From positions 1 to 50,525 of IMG/VR virus record IMGVR_UViG_3300048588_000030: a stretch of 50,525 bases of DNA; one strand, given 5' to 3'. The position numbers and the translations under genes were made by a program. The notes under the pieces were generated by a model, which was not told the origin of the DNA, did no database searches, and saw nothing but the letters and a program-made list of their open reading frames with translations. Position 1 is the first letter of the stretch; each line of letters opens with the position of its first letter. This DNA comes from a virus (lineage: Duplodnaviria > Caudoviricetes). This document shows positions 35,734 to 44,466 of this stretch, piece after piece.

Positions 35734-36422
35734 TGTCCAAGAAAGGTTACGACCCCTACAACAAACCCGCATCCAAGCCAAAGCCGAAGGCTAGGGCGTA
35801 CAAGGCCAGCCCCAACAATCCGTACAATAACGCGGGACCGAAAGTAAAGGCCAGCTCTAGAGGCCCGACCTCATACAACGCGGCGTGGCGGCAGGGTCGT
35901 GGTAATAACGTTCGCAAAGCCATCGAGCGGGCCGGGGATCGGGCATTCATGAATAATAGCGATAAGAGCCACGTAGCTAAGGCTAGAAGCGCCGGTACGG
36001 GCATGGCCCGCAAGAACGCCGCCAAGAAAACTGCCGTGGATGCTGCCCGTAAGGCTCGCCCCTCCAAGATTGGCTGGGCCAAGGCCGGTGGAGCCAAGAT
36101 TAAGGGCTCTGCTGTGAAGTGGGGTACTGCTGGCGCCAAGAAAGCGGCAGTCTCTACACTGGGCGGATACGCCAAGGGTCTCGCTTCTGTTGCAGGAGCG
36201 GCTGTTGGTAGGGCCTCAGCAGTGGCTACTGCTGGGCAGTTGGGCTATATGGCAGGCACGGCCCTGAACAAGAAATACAACATCAGTGGTCGTATCGTGG
36301 ACAAGTCTGCGCCTACGTATAATCCCAACGCCAAAGGGCGCACCGCAACATTGCATAGCGGTGGAGTGTACAAGAATGCTGCCCTTCAGCGGCACGAAAC
36401 TAGACAGAAGAAGAAAAAGTAG
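35733..36422 (+). CDS. Highly basic Lys/Ala/Gly-rich protein
   Basis: 229 aa, AGGAG RBS, TAATG coupling, last gene before the terminator. Confidence 0.75.
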   Translation: MSKKGYDPYNKPASKPKPKARAYKASPNNPYNNAGPKVKASSRGPTSYNAAWRQGRGNNVRKAIERAGDRAFMNNSDKSHVAKARSAGTGMARKNAAKKTAVDAARKARPSKIGWAKAGGAKIKGSAVKWGTAGAKKAAVSTLGGYAKGLASVAGAAVGRASAVATAGQLGYMAGTALNKKYNISGRIVDKSAPTYNPNAKGRTATLHSGGVYKNAALQRHETRQKKKK

Positions 36423-36451
36423 TATAAGCTAGAGGATAGTATCCCTAGTAT

Positions 36452-36481
36452 GACGCCCCCTTTACGGGGGCGTCTCTTTTT
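36452..36481 (+). terminator. Terminator at the convergence of the late and middle arms
   Basis: GACGCCCCC-TTTAC-GGGGGCGTC followed by TCTTTTT. Confidence 0.85.
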
Positions 36482-36543
36482 CTAAACAGGCTGTAGCAGC
36501 AGCCATACCAGAACTGAGAACAGGAACCATCCTCGTAGGTTAA

Positions 36544-36789
36544 TCATTTCTTGCTCTTGTAGTTGTTCGGAACTACACTCCGTATAGGCTCGGTTAGGTA
36601 GTCGTGGAAGGTGTCTAGCCGGTCATACGGGCTTGCCGCCTTGTATCGTGGCGGGGCTTTCGTAAAGATCTTGGTAACGTGACAACTCCCACACTGCGGA
36701 CACTGGGGAGTCTCGGTTTCCTCACGTATCCATAGTTCAAACGTCTCGGAACACTCACCACAATAGTAGTCAAACACTTTCAGACTCAT
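36544..36789 (-). CDS. FmdB-like zinc-ribbon protein
   Basis: FDYYCGECSETFE...CPQCGS. Confidence 0.8.
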   Translation of the reverse strand: MSLKVFDYYCGECSETFELWIREETETPQCPQCGSCHVTKIFTKAPPRYKAASPYDRLDTFHDYLTEPIRSVVPNNYKSKK

Positions 36790-36971
36790 GGCTTATCTGG
36801 CTCCATGTTCCACCCGGCTGCCTTGGCTTGCGCTGCCCGGAGGGTGTCCCACACGTCTGGGTCAGCCCCGTGACACACACGCTTGACGTACTCAGTAGCC
36901 GCTGGTGTTCCTTCCTTCAGTTTCTTGTCCCGCAGTATGCCGATCACTCGTTCCGCTATTTTTGGGTGCAT
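36786..36971 (-). CDS. Small hypothetical protein
   Basis: 61 aa, overlapping stop and start with the neighbour. Confidence 0.6.
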   Translation of the reverse strand: MHPKIAERVIGILRDKKLKEGTPAATEYVKRVCHGADPDVWDTLRAAQAKAAGWNMEPDKP

Positions 36972-36988
36972 CCTACCTTGCCCTCTTT

Positions 36989-37747
36989 TTATTTGAGTAA
37001 TTTACGAAGCTTGCCTAGTGAGATGGGGGACCAGTTAAACCTACCAACCTTGTAGTGGTCGAGCAGCACTATACCGCGCCAGTAAGACGTAATACTACCC
37101 AAAGCGTAGTCATCAATGTGCTCAAAGAAGCAACCCACATTGAGCGCCTGATTGAGGTGAGCAGACCCGTGCCTATGTACGGCCACCGACGCAAGCTTAT
37201 GAGTATGCCCGAATACAACGCTATGCTGATAAATTGCGAGACTGCGATTACAAGCGTTAACCCCACCAACAGGTTTTCCAGACTCATTAATTGGAACATG
37301 GGTGAAATGTACCCCCTTATAGTTGAAGTGCTCCTTATACGGCACGTGCGTCCAATGCTCGATATCTAGATCCTTACGATAGTCAACCGCTCCATCAAAC
37401 AGGGGCTGCAGATCCAAGTAGCGCCACAGCCTCTCCTCGTGGTTGCCCTCGGTCAGGATGTAATCTTTGCATCGATGTCCACCGTTGTCGTCCATGAGCT
37501 GCAAGAATCGCTTTCCTGCGTCGATGTCCTTCTGGTAGCGCCGCCCCTCCATCTTCTTCCGCTTGTCCTTGTCCCACGCTGACAAGGAATCAAACGTCAT
37601 AAGATCCCCAATGAACACTACCCGCTTTGGGCGAAGATCATCAATAGCCATGCCAAGCAGCTTGGCGCGGCTCAGATCTTGCCCAGCAGATACATGCACA
37701 TCCCCAACTACCAGTGTCAGATCATCTGACTTTAGAAGCTTATTCAT
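36989..37747 (-). CDS. Calcineurin-like metallophosphoesterase
   Basis: GDVH, GD, GNHE, H and GHTH motifs; start set to MNKLL at 37747. Confidence 0.88.
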   Translation of the reverse strand: MNKLLKSDDLTLVVGDVHVSAGQDLSRAKLLGMAIDDLRPKRVVFIGDLMTFDSLSAWDKDKRKKMEGRRYQKDIDAGKRFLQLMDDNGGHRCKDYILTEGNHEERLWRYLDLQPLFDGAVDYRKDLDIEHWTHVPYKEHFNYKGVHFTHVPINESGKPVGGVNACNRSLAIYQHSVVFGHTHKLASVAVHRHGSAHLNQALNVGCFFEHIDDYALGSITSYWRGIVLLDHYKVGRFNWSPISLGKLRKLLK

Positions 37748-38126
37748 GGAACAAGAAGTCCGGGTGAGCCGCGGCGCCTCCAATAAAGCGCACGGGCACT
37801 CCAGCCCAGTTGGCCCGCCTCACCATATCAGCCGTCCCTCTTCCTCCCGGAAACGCCACAACAAGATCTATCCCCAACTCCAGCATCCTCTCGTTCCGAG
37901 CTATTCCAGCGTAGTTGCCCAACTTATTCCAGTTAGCGGGGCACATGATCTCTTGCACGCCCCGCAGCCTAGCCCACTTACCTGCCAGACTATGTGCGCC
38001 TGTAGAGTTGCCGTGAATGATACAGGTAACATGGGGGGAGTTCTCTAGAGCAACGTCATCCAATGCACTGAACACGCAGACCTCGTCCGTGTAGTCCCTA
38101 CCTCCGCACACAAGTACCTTCATCAA
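37740..38126 (-). CDS. SLOG/YspA-like (DUF2493) protein
   Basis: VLVCGGRDY, IIHG, AG..RN..ML, VAFPGGRGTADM. Confidence 0.85.
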   Translation of the reverse strand: MMKVLVCGGRDYTDEVCVFSALDDVALENSPHVTCIIHGNSTGAHSLAGKWARLRGVQEIMCPANWNKLGNYAGIARNERMLELGIDLVVAFPGGRGTADMVRRANWAGVPVRFIGGAAAHPDFLFHE

Positions 38127-38503
38127 CTACTCTCCCTTTCTACGAAGAACCACCGTGCCGGTCTATCGTCCCCTTGCTTATACGCCTTGGTGTAGTGCTC
38201 CAGCATTAGCAAGTTGGCCATCACGTGCCCCAGATGCGGCTTGCCAGATTCCGGATCAATGTCCTCCCCCATGTACCACGCTGACAGGTGGCGCAACATG
38301 CATCCGTACGGCACCGACCACGGCATACCTTTCGCCCAGTTCCATGCAGCGTACTTGTTGGCTCCGTACTCAAATACGTCCGCACAACTAGCCAGCAGAT
38401 GCAAAGGCACAAGATCCATGCGCGTCTTGTTAGCGTTAGCACGTGCACCACTACCCCACTCCGCAGACGCTATGTCCCCGATGTTGTACTTGTATACAGC
38501 CAT
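38123..38503 (-). CDS. dATP/dGTP diphosphohydrolase-domain (DUF5664-like) protein
   Basis: K.R.DL.P, GA.KY..WNW.KG, LRHL.AW..GED.DPESG.PHL.H; start set to MAVYK at 38503. Confidence 0.85.
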   Translation of the reverse strand: MAVYKYNIGDIASAEWGSGARANANKTRMDLVPLHLLASCADVFEYGANKYAAWNWAKGMPWSVPYGCMLRHLSAWYMGEDIDPESGKPHLGHVMANLLMLEHYTKAYKQGDDRPARWFFVERESS

Positions 38504-38886
38504 TCCTTTGGTATCTTCCCCATTGCGAACGGAATCTCGTGTTGGCGACACCACATCGAATAGGTCGTGTTGGACACAGGACTTAGTCGATTGTCCCTCT
38601 GTAGGACTATGCGGAGATCTACCTCCGGATTCTGTTCCTTGACCGCAAGAATCTTGGTCCGGTCGTCCGATGTGAAGCGCCCCTTGCATTCCACTAATAT
38701 CCTCGTACCTGGAATACTGAAATCTGGGAGATACCATCTCGCCTTTGGTTGCCATCTCAACTTCTCCTCTGGTGGTTCGTAGCTAAGTTTGGTTCCTTTC
38801 TGAAGTGCATCTTCGTAAACATACTTCTCAAAGCCGGAACGGAAGCCTGCTTTCTTGGCCTCCAGTCGAGCAGGTCTTCGTCCCAT
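38470..38886 (-). CDS. T7 endonuclease I-like Holliday junction resolvase
   Basis: FRSGFE, YLPDF and ECKG (PD-(D/E)xK), plus Y..WC. Confidence 0.88.
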   Translation of the reverse strand: MGRRPARLEAKKAGFRSGFEKYVYEDALQKGTKLSYEPPEEKLRWQPKARWYLPDFSIPGTRILVECKGRFTSDDRTKILAVKEQNPEVDLRIVLQRDNRLSPVSNTTYSMWCRQHEIPFAMGKIPKEWLYTSTTSGT

Positions 38887-39173
38887 TCAAAGTCTCCTGT
38901 GTCAGTGGTTGTAGGCTTAGTGTGATACCTCTTGTGCAACAGCATAGCACAAAGGGCTCCGCTTCCCGCCGCAGCGCCTATCGTCAGCGCCAAGGGCAAC
39001 GTAAACCCCAGAGCGGCGACTTTGGCGATCACGTATACCTCAGTCAAGGCAAGTCCAAAGCTCGTCGGTATAACCATACCGTAGTTGTCGAACGCCACGT
39101 TACGCTGCTGATACGCTTTCAGGAATATGAACAGAAAGTTGGCACCAGCTACTGCGAGATAAGTGCTAATCAT
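38757..39173 (-). CDS. Hypothetical membrane protein
   Basis: Three hydrophobic segments; the C-terminal tail overlaps the endonuclease gene by 130 nt. Confidence 0.65.
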   Translation of the reverse strand: MISTYLAVAGANFLFIFLKAYQQRNVAFDNYGMVIPTSFGLALTEVYVIAKVAALGFTLPLALTIGAAAGSGALCAMLLHKRYHTKPTTTDTGDFEWDEDLLDWRPRKQASVPALRSMFTKMHFRKEPNLATNHQRRS

Positions 39174-40002
39174 ACTTTGGTATCTCCCACCATTGGTCGG
39201 GCTCCCGTCGTATCCAGATCAAGCGCCCCATCTCAGTCATCACCTCGCGCCACTCGTCTCCATAGTAAGCTTCGTACGCCCTACTGCACGCCTCAGCGTA
39301 CTCAGCCTCAGTAGTGCACCCAGCTAGTTTCTTGGCCGCCCCAGCAGGCCCAACCCCCGGTATCCCGGGGATGTTGTCTGTGGCATCACCAGTCAACAAC
39401 TGGCACCAGAACGTGTGGTCAGCATCCTCTGGGTCTACGTAGTACGACGTGTTCTTATGGAAGTTGTAGTGCATTCCGGGAATCATATTGAGATCCTTAT
39501 CCAAGGACGCTATGATAGAGGACTCCGGATCACGTAGCCACAGCTTGTAGTGGTTTATTCCAATGTAGTCATCAGCCTCCTCTCCGTCACTGACGGCGTG
39601 ATTGTAGCTCGACATCAAGTAGTCCTTGATGGCCCGCTCGTGCGTTGGGCGGTGCGCCTTATCACGATTGCCTTTGTACTCTTTCGTCTTTGCTACGTGG
39701 TAGCGGAAGTTATCTGGTCCTGAAAGGCATATCGTTATCTCGTCTTTATTGACGTGTAAAGACTCCAGCATCGCGTAAATCGTCAGCTTAGTCGAATGAA
39801 GTGCATTTGCCAAAGGCTCGACTTCCCGATACGATTCAAGCAATGCTGGATCAAGGCGGTGGGCAGTGATGTACTCCATAGCCTCCTTTTTGTACTGGAA
39901 GCGTAGCGGTTCGCCCGCCATCGACTTCAGGTAATAGGCCGTCTTTTCCGCAGCAAACCCAGCACGGAAAACTATAATGTCACCATCTACCCACACATGC
40001 AC
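39166..40002 (-). CDS. 5'-3' exonuclease (T7 gp6/FEN-like)
   Basis: VDGD, NFR, YKGNR, EADD, DKDL, GD.TDNIPG. Confidence 0.92.
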   Translation of the reverse strand: MHVWVDGDIIVFRAGFAAEKTAYYLKSMAGEPLRFQYKKEAMEYITAHRLDPALLESYREVEPLANALHSTKLTIYAMLESLHVNKDEITICLSGPDNFRYHVAKTKEYKGNRDKAHRPTHERAIKDYLMSSYNHAVSDGEEADDYIGINHYKLWLRDPESSIIASLDKDLNMIPGMHYNFHKNTSYYVDPEDADHTFWCQLLTGDATDNIPGIPGVGPAGAAKKLAGCTTEAEYAEACSRAYEAYYGDEWREVMTEMGRLIWIRREPDQWWEIPKYD

Positions 40003-40018
40003 AGCGCGTTACCTCCTA

Positions 40019-40618
40019 TCAATACTCGTCCGGATCACCACCAGCATCCGCGTTAGTTGCTGCATTGCTCCCCTCCTCAGCCAACGCTGCAGCAATGGCT
40101 TCCGGGGCTTGCATACGACCCTTAGCCAAAGTCAGTGTCACGGCCTCCACAGCGCCCACAATCGCGTCCAGCACGGCGTTCTTCTTGGTAGGCAGGGTAA
40201 GGCCCCCGTGCGCAATAGCCAGCTCCACGACCTTTACAGCAACGTCCTGTGCGCTTGAGTAGGTCATTCGTGGAATGTCTACCTGCTGGTAGCGATTATC
40301 CTTGGCCACGTCCCTAGCTTCCTTGGCCTCCCAGTACGAGTCCCTAGACGAGGCTACCGGCACGGAGCTGCTCGGTGACGGAGCACGGCGCGGTGCAGCG
40401 TCCTCCAGCACCTCAATCGAACCAAAGTCAACGTTGCCCTTCTCGTCCGAGTTGAACTTGACTACCTTGCCCTCGGAGATACCAAAGCTCGCAGGGTTCT
40501 TCTGACCAGTACGGAACCACGCTCGGTTGCCCTCGACTTGGAACGAGTACAACGTGGCCTGCCCTCGTGGGCCATCCCACAACTTAGTCGATACTTTCTG
40601 AACTACGCCCTGTGTCAT
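40019..40618 (-). CDS. Putative single-stranded DNA-binding protein
   Basis: OB-like beta N-terminus, acidic tail ending in an aromatic residue (GGDPDEY), lies between polymerase and exonuclease. Confidence 0.6.
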   Translation of the reverse strand: MTQGVVQKVSTKLWDGPRGQATLYSFQVEGNRAWFRTGQKNPASFGISEGKVVKFNSDEKGNVDFGSIEVLEDAAPRRAPSPSSSVPVASSRDSYWEAKEARDVAKDNRYQQVDIPRMTYSSAQDVAVKVVELAIAHGGLTLPTKKNAVLDAIVGAVEAVTLTLAKGRMQAPEAIAAALAEEGSNAATNADAGGDPDEY

Positions 40619-40663
40619 AATTTATCCTCATATTATCAGGTTATAAAACTTGGCACTTGTATT

Positions 40664-40694
40664 ATATAAACGTTTGAAACTCCACTTTGTGACA
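40664..40694 (-). promoter_or_regulatory. Putative phage ECF-sigma promoter (upstream of the SSB-like gene)
   Basis: TGTCACA-aagtggagtttcaaa-CGTTTATAT. Confidence 0.75.
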
Positions 40695-40696
40695 AA

Positions 40697-42541
40697 TTAA
40701 TTCACTTTGATTACCTCCATCGTCTTCATATCCAGTTCGTACTTGGTCTCGTTCTTAGCTCCCCAGTGAGTGCCGCTCATAACTCCGCACCCTAGCGGGA
40801 CTGTCAATGAGATGCCGTATATTGCCTTTACAGCGTTATACACGTCCAAGATTAGGCACTGCTGCGCTAACTCGTGGAACGCTTCTAGCTCGCTCTCAGG
40901 CAGCTCTACGATGATACTATCGTGGATGCTGTTAATCAGGTACATCTGGTAGCCCATGGCGTGTATCCGATGCCATAGCCACACGACCGCCAGTGGCACA
41001 ATCTCTCCGGTAGCGAAACCTTGCACAGGATAGTTACATATCGAGGTCGTGTTATTGATGTACCCGGAGCTGTCCATCCTAGTCCCGGGCCAATAGAACA
41101 CAAGCCCGTACTCAGTCTCCAGTTTGCCGTCCCGCAGTACAGCGTTTATCCACGAGTTCTGGGTATCAGTTATGCCCGAGTACCGCTTTCGGAAGTACTC
41201 GTAGTATTCCATCTCCGCTTTGGTGCCCTTGCGGCCACCGTACAGGGGCTTGAACGTGTGAGACTTGGCCGTTTGTCGGTCGCACTTGATGATGTCGGCA
41301 GTGGACGTATGCACATCTACCCGATTAAGGATGTCATCCAACCCCGCTTTATCCCGCCCCAAGTGCACCGCAGCACGGAACTCCAGTTGGGCCTCGTCAG
41401 CTTCCCCTATCAACCAGCCCTCCTTGCGACTCTTGAACAGAGGCTTATATCTACGTTGCAGGTTGTGTAGCTGCACCTTGTATCGAAGGCCAGAGGAGGA
41501 TAGCCTGTGCGTCCTTGTATTGCTCTGGTTGAATGAAGCATAAAGCACACCCTTGTCCGAGCCTTTGCAGCACTCCACAAATTTCTTGAGGTAGAACCCC
41601 ACGTCGTGCCCTACGGCTTTGGCTTGTCGATAGAGATCGAGAAACTTGCGCTGAGCTGCGGTGCTTGGGCGAAGGCTCAGGATTGTAGGCGCGTCAGTCA
41701 GCCTACCCCCTGCTGGGGTGCGGCGTGGCTTTCCGTACTTTGACAGTTCTGGAATGCCGAGTGTGTCGTACATATACTGGGCAAGTTGTTTTGGGCTATT
41801 AAAGTTAATCCCCCCAGTAATAGCATCAAGCTCTTTGGTCAGTTCGGCTAACGCAACCGAGGCAGTGTTGTACTCAGCTTGCACAGCCGCTTTGTCCAGC
41901 ATCATCCCATTGGCTTCGATATCAGCAAGGACAGGAGTGAGCAAGCACCGAGAGTACACAATAGGCAGAAGCCTTGGGCTCTCGCTGCGAAACGCCTGCA
42001 ACTGGGCCTGAGCAAGCTCTACAGTAAGTTCTACGTCACGTTCGCAGTACTTGGCTACCCAAGAGCGGGGAAGAGTCTCCGGGTTAACCCCAGCCTTAAT
42101 CATCTTGGACACTAACGAGTCCTTGCCTTTATTCCACCGCCGCTTAGCTACGGCGTCTAGGGCAAGCTCCCCAAACTGCCACCTGTTACCCCCAATGACG
42201 TACTCAGCAAGCATCGTATCGTACACAAGGACGTTGTGCAAATCTAGTCCGCACCGCTTCAGCCAATGCAACTCAAACTTGGCATTGTGGGCGATCAGAA
42301 AGTCGGCATTGTTGATGTCTTGCACTAGATCGTTGAGCTGGAACTCCCCAGCAAATCTGGAGTTGACTCCACCCTCGCTAGTCCTCCAATGAGCAAAGAC
42401 GATCTTGTTAGTAGGGTCTAACGCGGTTCCCTTATTGTGGTTGGTCGTCTCAAAGTCAAGTGCAACCCACGACCCGTTAAGATAGATACTGGGATCTGGG
42501 TTGGTCAGGTACTTAGGAAGCCCGTCGAGAGTTAGTGGCAT
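40697..42541 (-). CDS. Family A DNA polymerase with 3'-5' exonuclease
   Basis: LDFET, AHNAKFE, T.RLSS, motif A DEAQLEFR, motif B R..AK..TF..LYG, motif C IHDS; start set to MPLTL at 42541. Confidence 0.93.
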   Translation of the reverse strand: MPLTLDGLPKYLTNPDPSIYLNGSWVALDFETTNHNKGTALDPTNKIVFAHWRTSEGGVNSRFAGEFQLNDLVQDINNADFLIAHNAKFELHWLKRCGLDLHNVLVYDTMLAEYVIGGNRWQFGELALDAVAKRRWNKGKDSLVSKMIKAGVNPETLPRSWVAKYCERDVELTVELAQAQLQAFRSESPRLLPIVYSRCLLTPVLADIEANGMMLDKAAVQAEYNTASVALAELTKELDAITGGINFNSPKQLAQYMYDTLGIPELSKYGKPRRTPAGGRLTDAPTILSLRPSTAAQRKFLDLYRQAKAVGHDVGFYLKKFVECCKGSDKGVLYASFNQSNTRTHRLSSSGLRYKVQLHNLQRRYKPLFKSRKEGWLIGEADEAQLEFRAAVHLGRDKAGLDDILNRVDVHTSTADIIKCDRQTAKSHTFKPLYGGRKGTKAEMEYYEYFRKRYSGITDTQNSWINAVLRDGKLETEYGLVFYWPGTRMDSSGYINNTTSICNYPVQGFATGEIVPLAVVWLWHRIHAMGYQMYLINSIHDSIIVELPESELEAFHELAQQCLILDVYNAVKAIYGISLTVPLGCGVMSGTHWGAKNETKYELDMKTMEVIKVN

Positions 42542-42785
42542 TATTCTTTCCCTTTTTGCGCACAATATCCTTCATAATTATCTGGGTAAGCGCCTCTAGC
42601 CCGTTGTCGTAGGCGTGCTCTACTGTCCCTGTATACGTACGAGGGCTTTGCTCAACGTCAGTACTCATACACGCTGCCGAGTATCGGTACATATACGCAT
42701 TTGGGTCCGTGGATATACTCATATCCCGGTACGCGTTGGCTACAATAATTGGAATCCCGTTAATAGATACTTGAATACTTAACAT
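42513..42785 (-). CDS. Hypothetical protein
   Basis: Start at ATG 42785 (MLSIQV...) after a GGAGG RBS. Confidence 0.65.
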   Translation of the reverse strand: MLSIQVSINGIPIIVANAYRDMSISTDPNAYMYRYSAACMSTDVEQSPRTYTGTVEHAYDNGLEALTQIIMKDIVRKKGKNNATNSRRAS

Positions 42786-43063
42786 TTCCCCTCCAGTGCG
42801 CGGGCGATGGCGGCTTCGGCCAATCCCACAAAACAGTCTTTGGTATGCGGGGCAAATCGAGATGTTGGGCAGCACGGCGATTCGTCGTCGTCGAGCAAGG
42901 TACGGTTAGCCGGGTAGTTCTCCAGCACATCCAGCAGCGCCGTGACGACTTCGGGCGGGCATTGGCGGTGAGAGTGTTCTGGCGTTGCCCATTCAGACGG
43001 GAAGTCCGTGCCAAAACGGGACTCGCACCATTCTTTCCGGGCGCGGGTGATTAGGTCGCTCAT
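42779..43063 (-). CDS. Hypothetical protein
   Basis: 94 aa, GGAG RBS, ATGA overlap. Confidence 0.6.
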   Translation of the reverse strand: MSDLITRARKEWCESRFGTDFPSEWATPEHSHRQCPPEVVTALLDVLENYPANRTLLDDDESPCCPTSRFAPHTKDCFVGLAEAAIARALEGKC

Positions 43064-43470
43064 GGCTTCTGCTCCAGTGCTGCACGTATGCCCCGCGCAT
43101 CAGCAAGCGCGTTGTGCGGGTTGTCGCTGCCGCAATCTATGCGTAGCACTTCCATCGTGAGCGGAGGGGTATCAATCCTCGTTCCGGGGCCGGTAATCAA
43201 GGCTTGGCAAAAGTGCGCAATATCCTCCGGCCAATCTGCCACGATATGCACACGCTCAAATTGGGCAAGCCATTGCTGAAGGCTGCTCTGCATATCCGCT
43301 ACTGACACCGAGGATTTACCGAGAATCGGCAGGACATGCGCGGCTACCCAGTCACCGGGGTTCTCGCATGGCACCACCTCATACCACTCCCTACCATCCT
43401 CGGCCACAAGCGCCATAGAAATCAGCGCACCCTTGTACTCATTGAATTCACAATCAAGATATAGGTTCAT
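43060..43470 (-). CDS. DEDDh 3'-5' exo(ribo)nuclease-like protein
   Basis: YLDCEF, LISMALV, D, HNALADA. Confidence 0.8.
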   Translation of the reverse strand: MNLYLDCEFNEYKGALISMALVAEDGREWYEVVPCENPGDWVAAHVLPILGKSSVSVADMQSSLQQWLAQFERVHIVADWPEDIAHFCQALITGPGTRIDTPPLTMEVLRIDCGSDNPHNALADARGIRAALEQKP

Positions 43471-43790
43471 TGTCTCCACTCCAGTGCGCGGATTGCTATG
43501 TTCAGCTTCGCCAGTGCTAAGCGCCAGACACTTAGCCCGCTTGTCTCTATCTGCCTTGCGTTATCAAGAAGCCACTTCCCAAGCTCCGGGCTGATCTTCT
43601 CAACGCGACGAAACCCATTCCCTCTGAATTGGTTACCGTCGCCATCCACTACCTGATACCTTGTTCCTCCTCCACCGTAATCAAGATCGCTATGGTAGAA
43701 GCCAACACACCAATGATCTTGTGGATCTCCATCGTGGTATTTTGTGGCAAGCACATAGTCGCCAACATGTAACGAGCCGGTTATTTTCAC
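43467..43790 (-). CDS. Hypothetical protein
   Basis: 107 aa, GTGA overlap, GGAG RBS. Confidence 0.65.
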   Translation of the reverse strand: MKITGSLHVGDYVLATKYHDGDPQDHWCVGFYHSDLDYGGGGTRYQVVDGDGNQFRGNGFRRVEKISPELGKWLLDNARQIETSGLSVWRLALAKLNIAIRALEWRQ

Positions 43791-43885
43791 AGCTTCTGCT
43801 CCAGTGCTTTGCGGGCAGCGTGTAATATCTCCATGCAGCCCGACTCCTCTGGGATGTTGAACCGGAGTCTCTCGGCCTCATTCAT
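43787..43885 (-). CDS. 32-aa microprotein absent from the ORF track
   Basis: MNEAERLRFNIPEESGCMEILHAARKALEQKL; overlaps the RNA ligase stop and the next GTG start; GGAGG RBS. Confidence 0.6.
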   Translation of the reverse strand: MNEAERLRFNIPEESGCMEILHAARKALEQKL

Positions 43886-44465
43886 ACCCTGCCTCCTCTT
43901 TATGCTTATCATCGTTATCAAGTGATATCTTAAATCCTACTTTAGCAGCAACGTGGTACACTACGATACCTTCCGGGTTCATGAATCCGGGACTAGCGTA
44001 ACTCCCACCATCACGTAAATTCACCAAGCACTCTGCAACTTGCTCCTCGCTAAACGGACCCCTATAGATTGTAGGGACTATATCACACACCGTAGGAACC
44101 GAATCTGCGGTCCACCGAAGGGCACTAAACAAGCTAAACTTACGGTCTATACGCCCATAGTTACGCTGTATCCCAGCACCCCACCACTCTCCAAAATGCC
44201 GCCCCACGCCCAAAGCGACCAGCTCCATGAAGTTATCTCGGCACCACGCAGCAAAGCCAAAGTTATCTCGTTCGGGAGTAATAAAATTTTTGCGGGACTG
44301 ACACCACATCGATATAGGCCCAACTTCAGTTATTACGGTGGCTACCGTGTTCGCGTCTGGCTCGTCGTACGACCACACTACAGCCGCGTTAGTGCCGTCA
44401 ATTTTTTCTGTAATCACTACTTCACGGAACAGTCGGGCCATCTTGGGAAACTTTACGAATTCCAT
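43878..44465 (-). CDS. RNA ligase (Rnl2-like adenylyltransferase domain)
   Basis: Motif I TEKIDGTN, QSR, FGEWWG.GIQ, EGIVV. Confidence 0.85.
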   Translation of the reverse strand: MEFVKFPKMARLFREVVITEKIDGTNAAVVWSYDEPDANTVATVITEVGPISMWCQSRKNFITPERDNFGFAAWCRDNFMELVALGVGRHFGEWWGAGIQRNYGRIDRKFSLFSALRWTADSVPTVCDIVPTIYRGPFSEEQVAECLVNLRDGGSYASPGFMNPEGIVVYHVAAKVGFKISLDNDDKHKEEAGYE

Positions 44466-44466
44466 T

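Noticed and set aside
38123-38503. Z-genome (2-aminoadenine) pathway suggested by DUF5664
   Set aside because: No PurZ/adenylosuccinate synthetase-like gene is recognisable, and the domain also occurs in phages without it.
40697-42541. Intron, intein or split in the DNA polymerase, as seen in some related phages
   Set aside because: The ORF is continuous with all motifs in order at a compact length.
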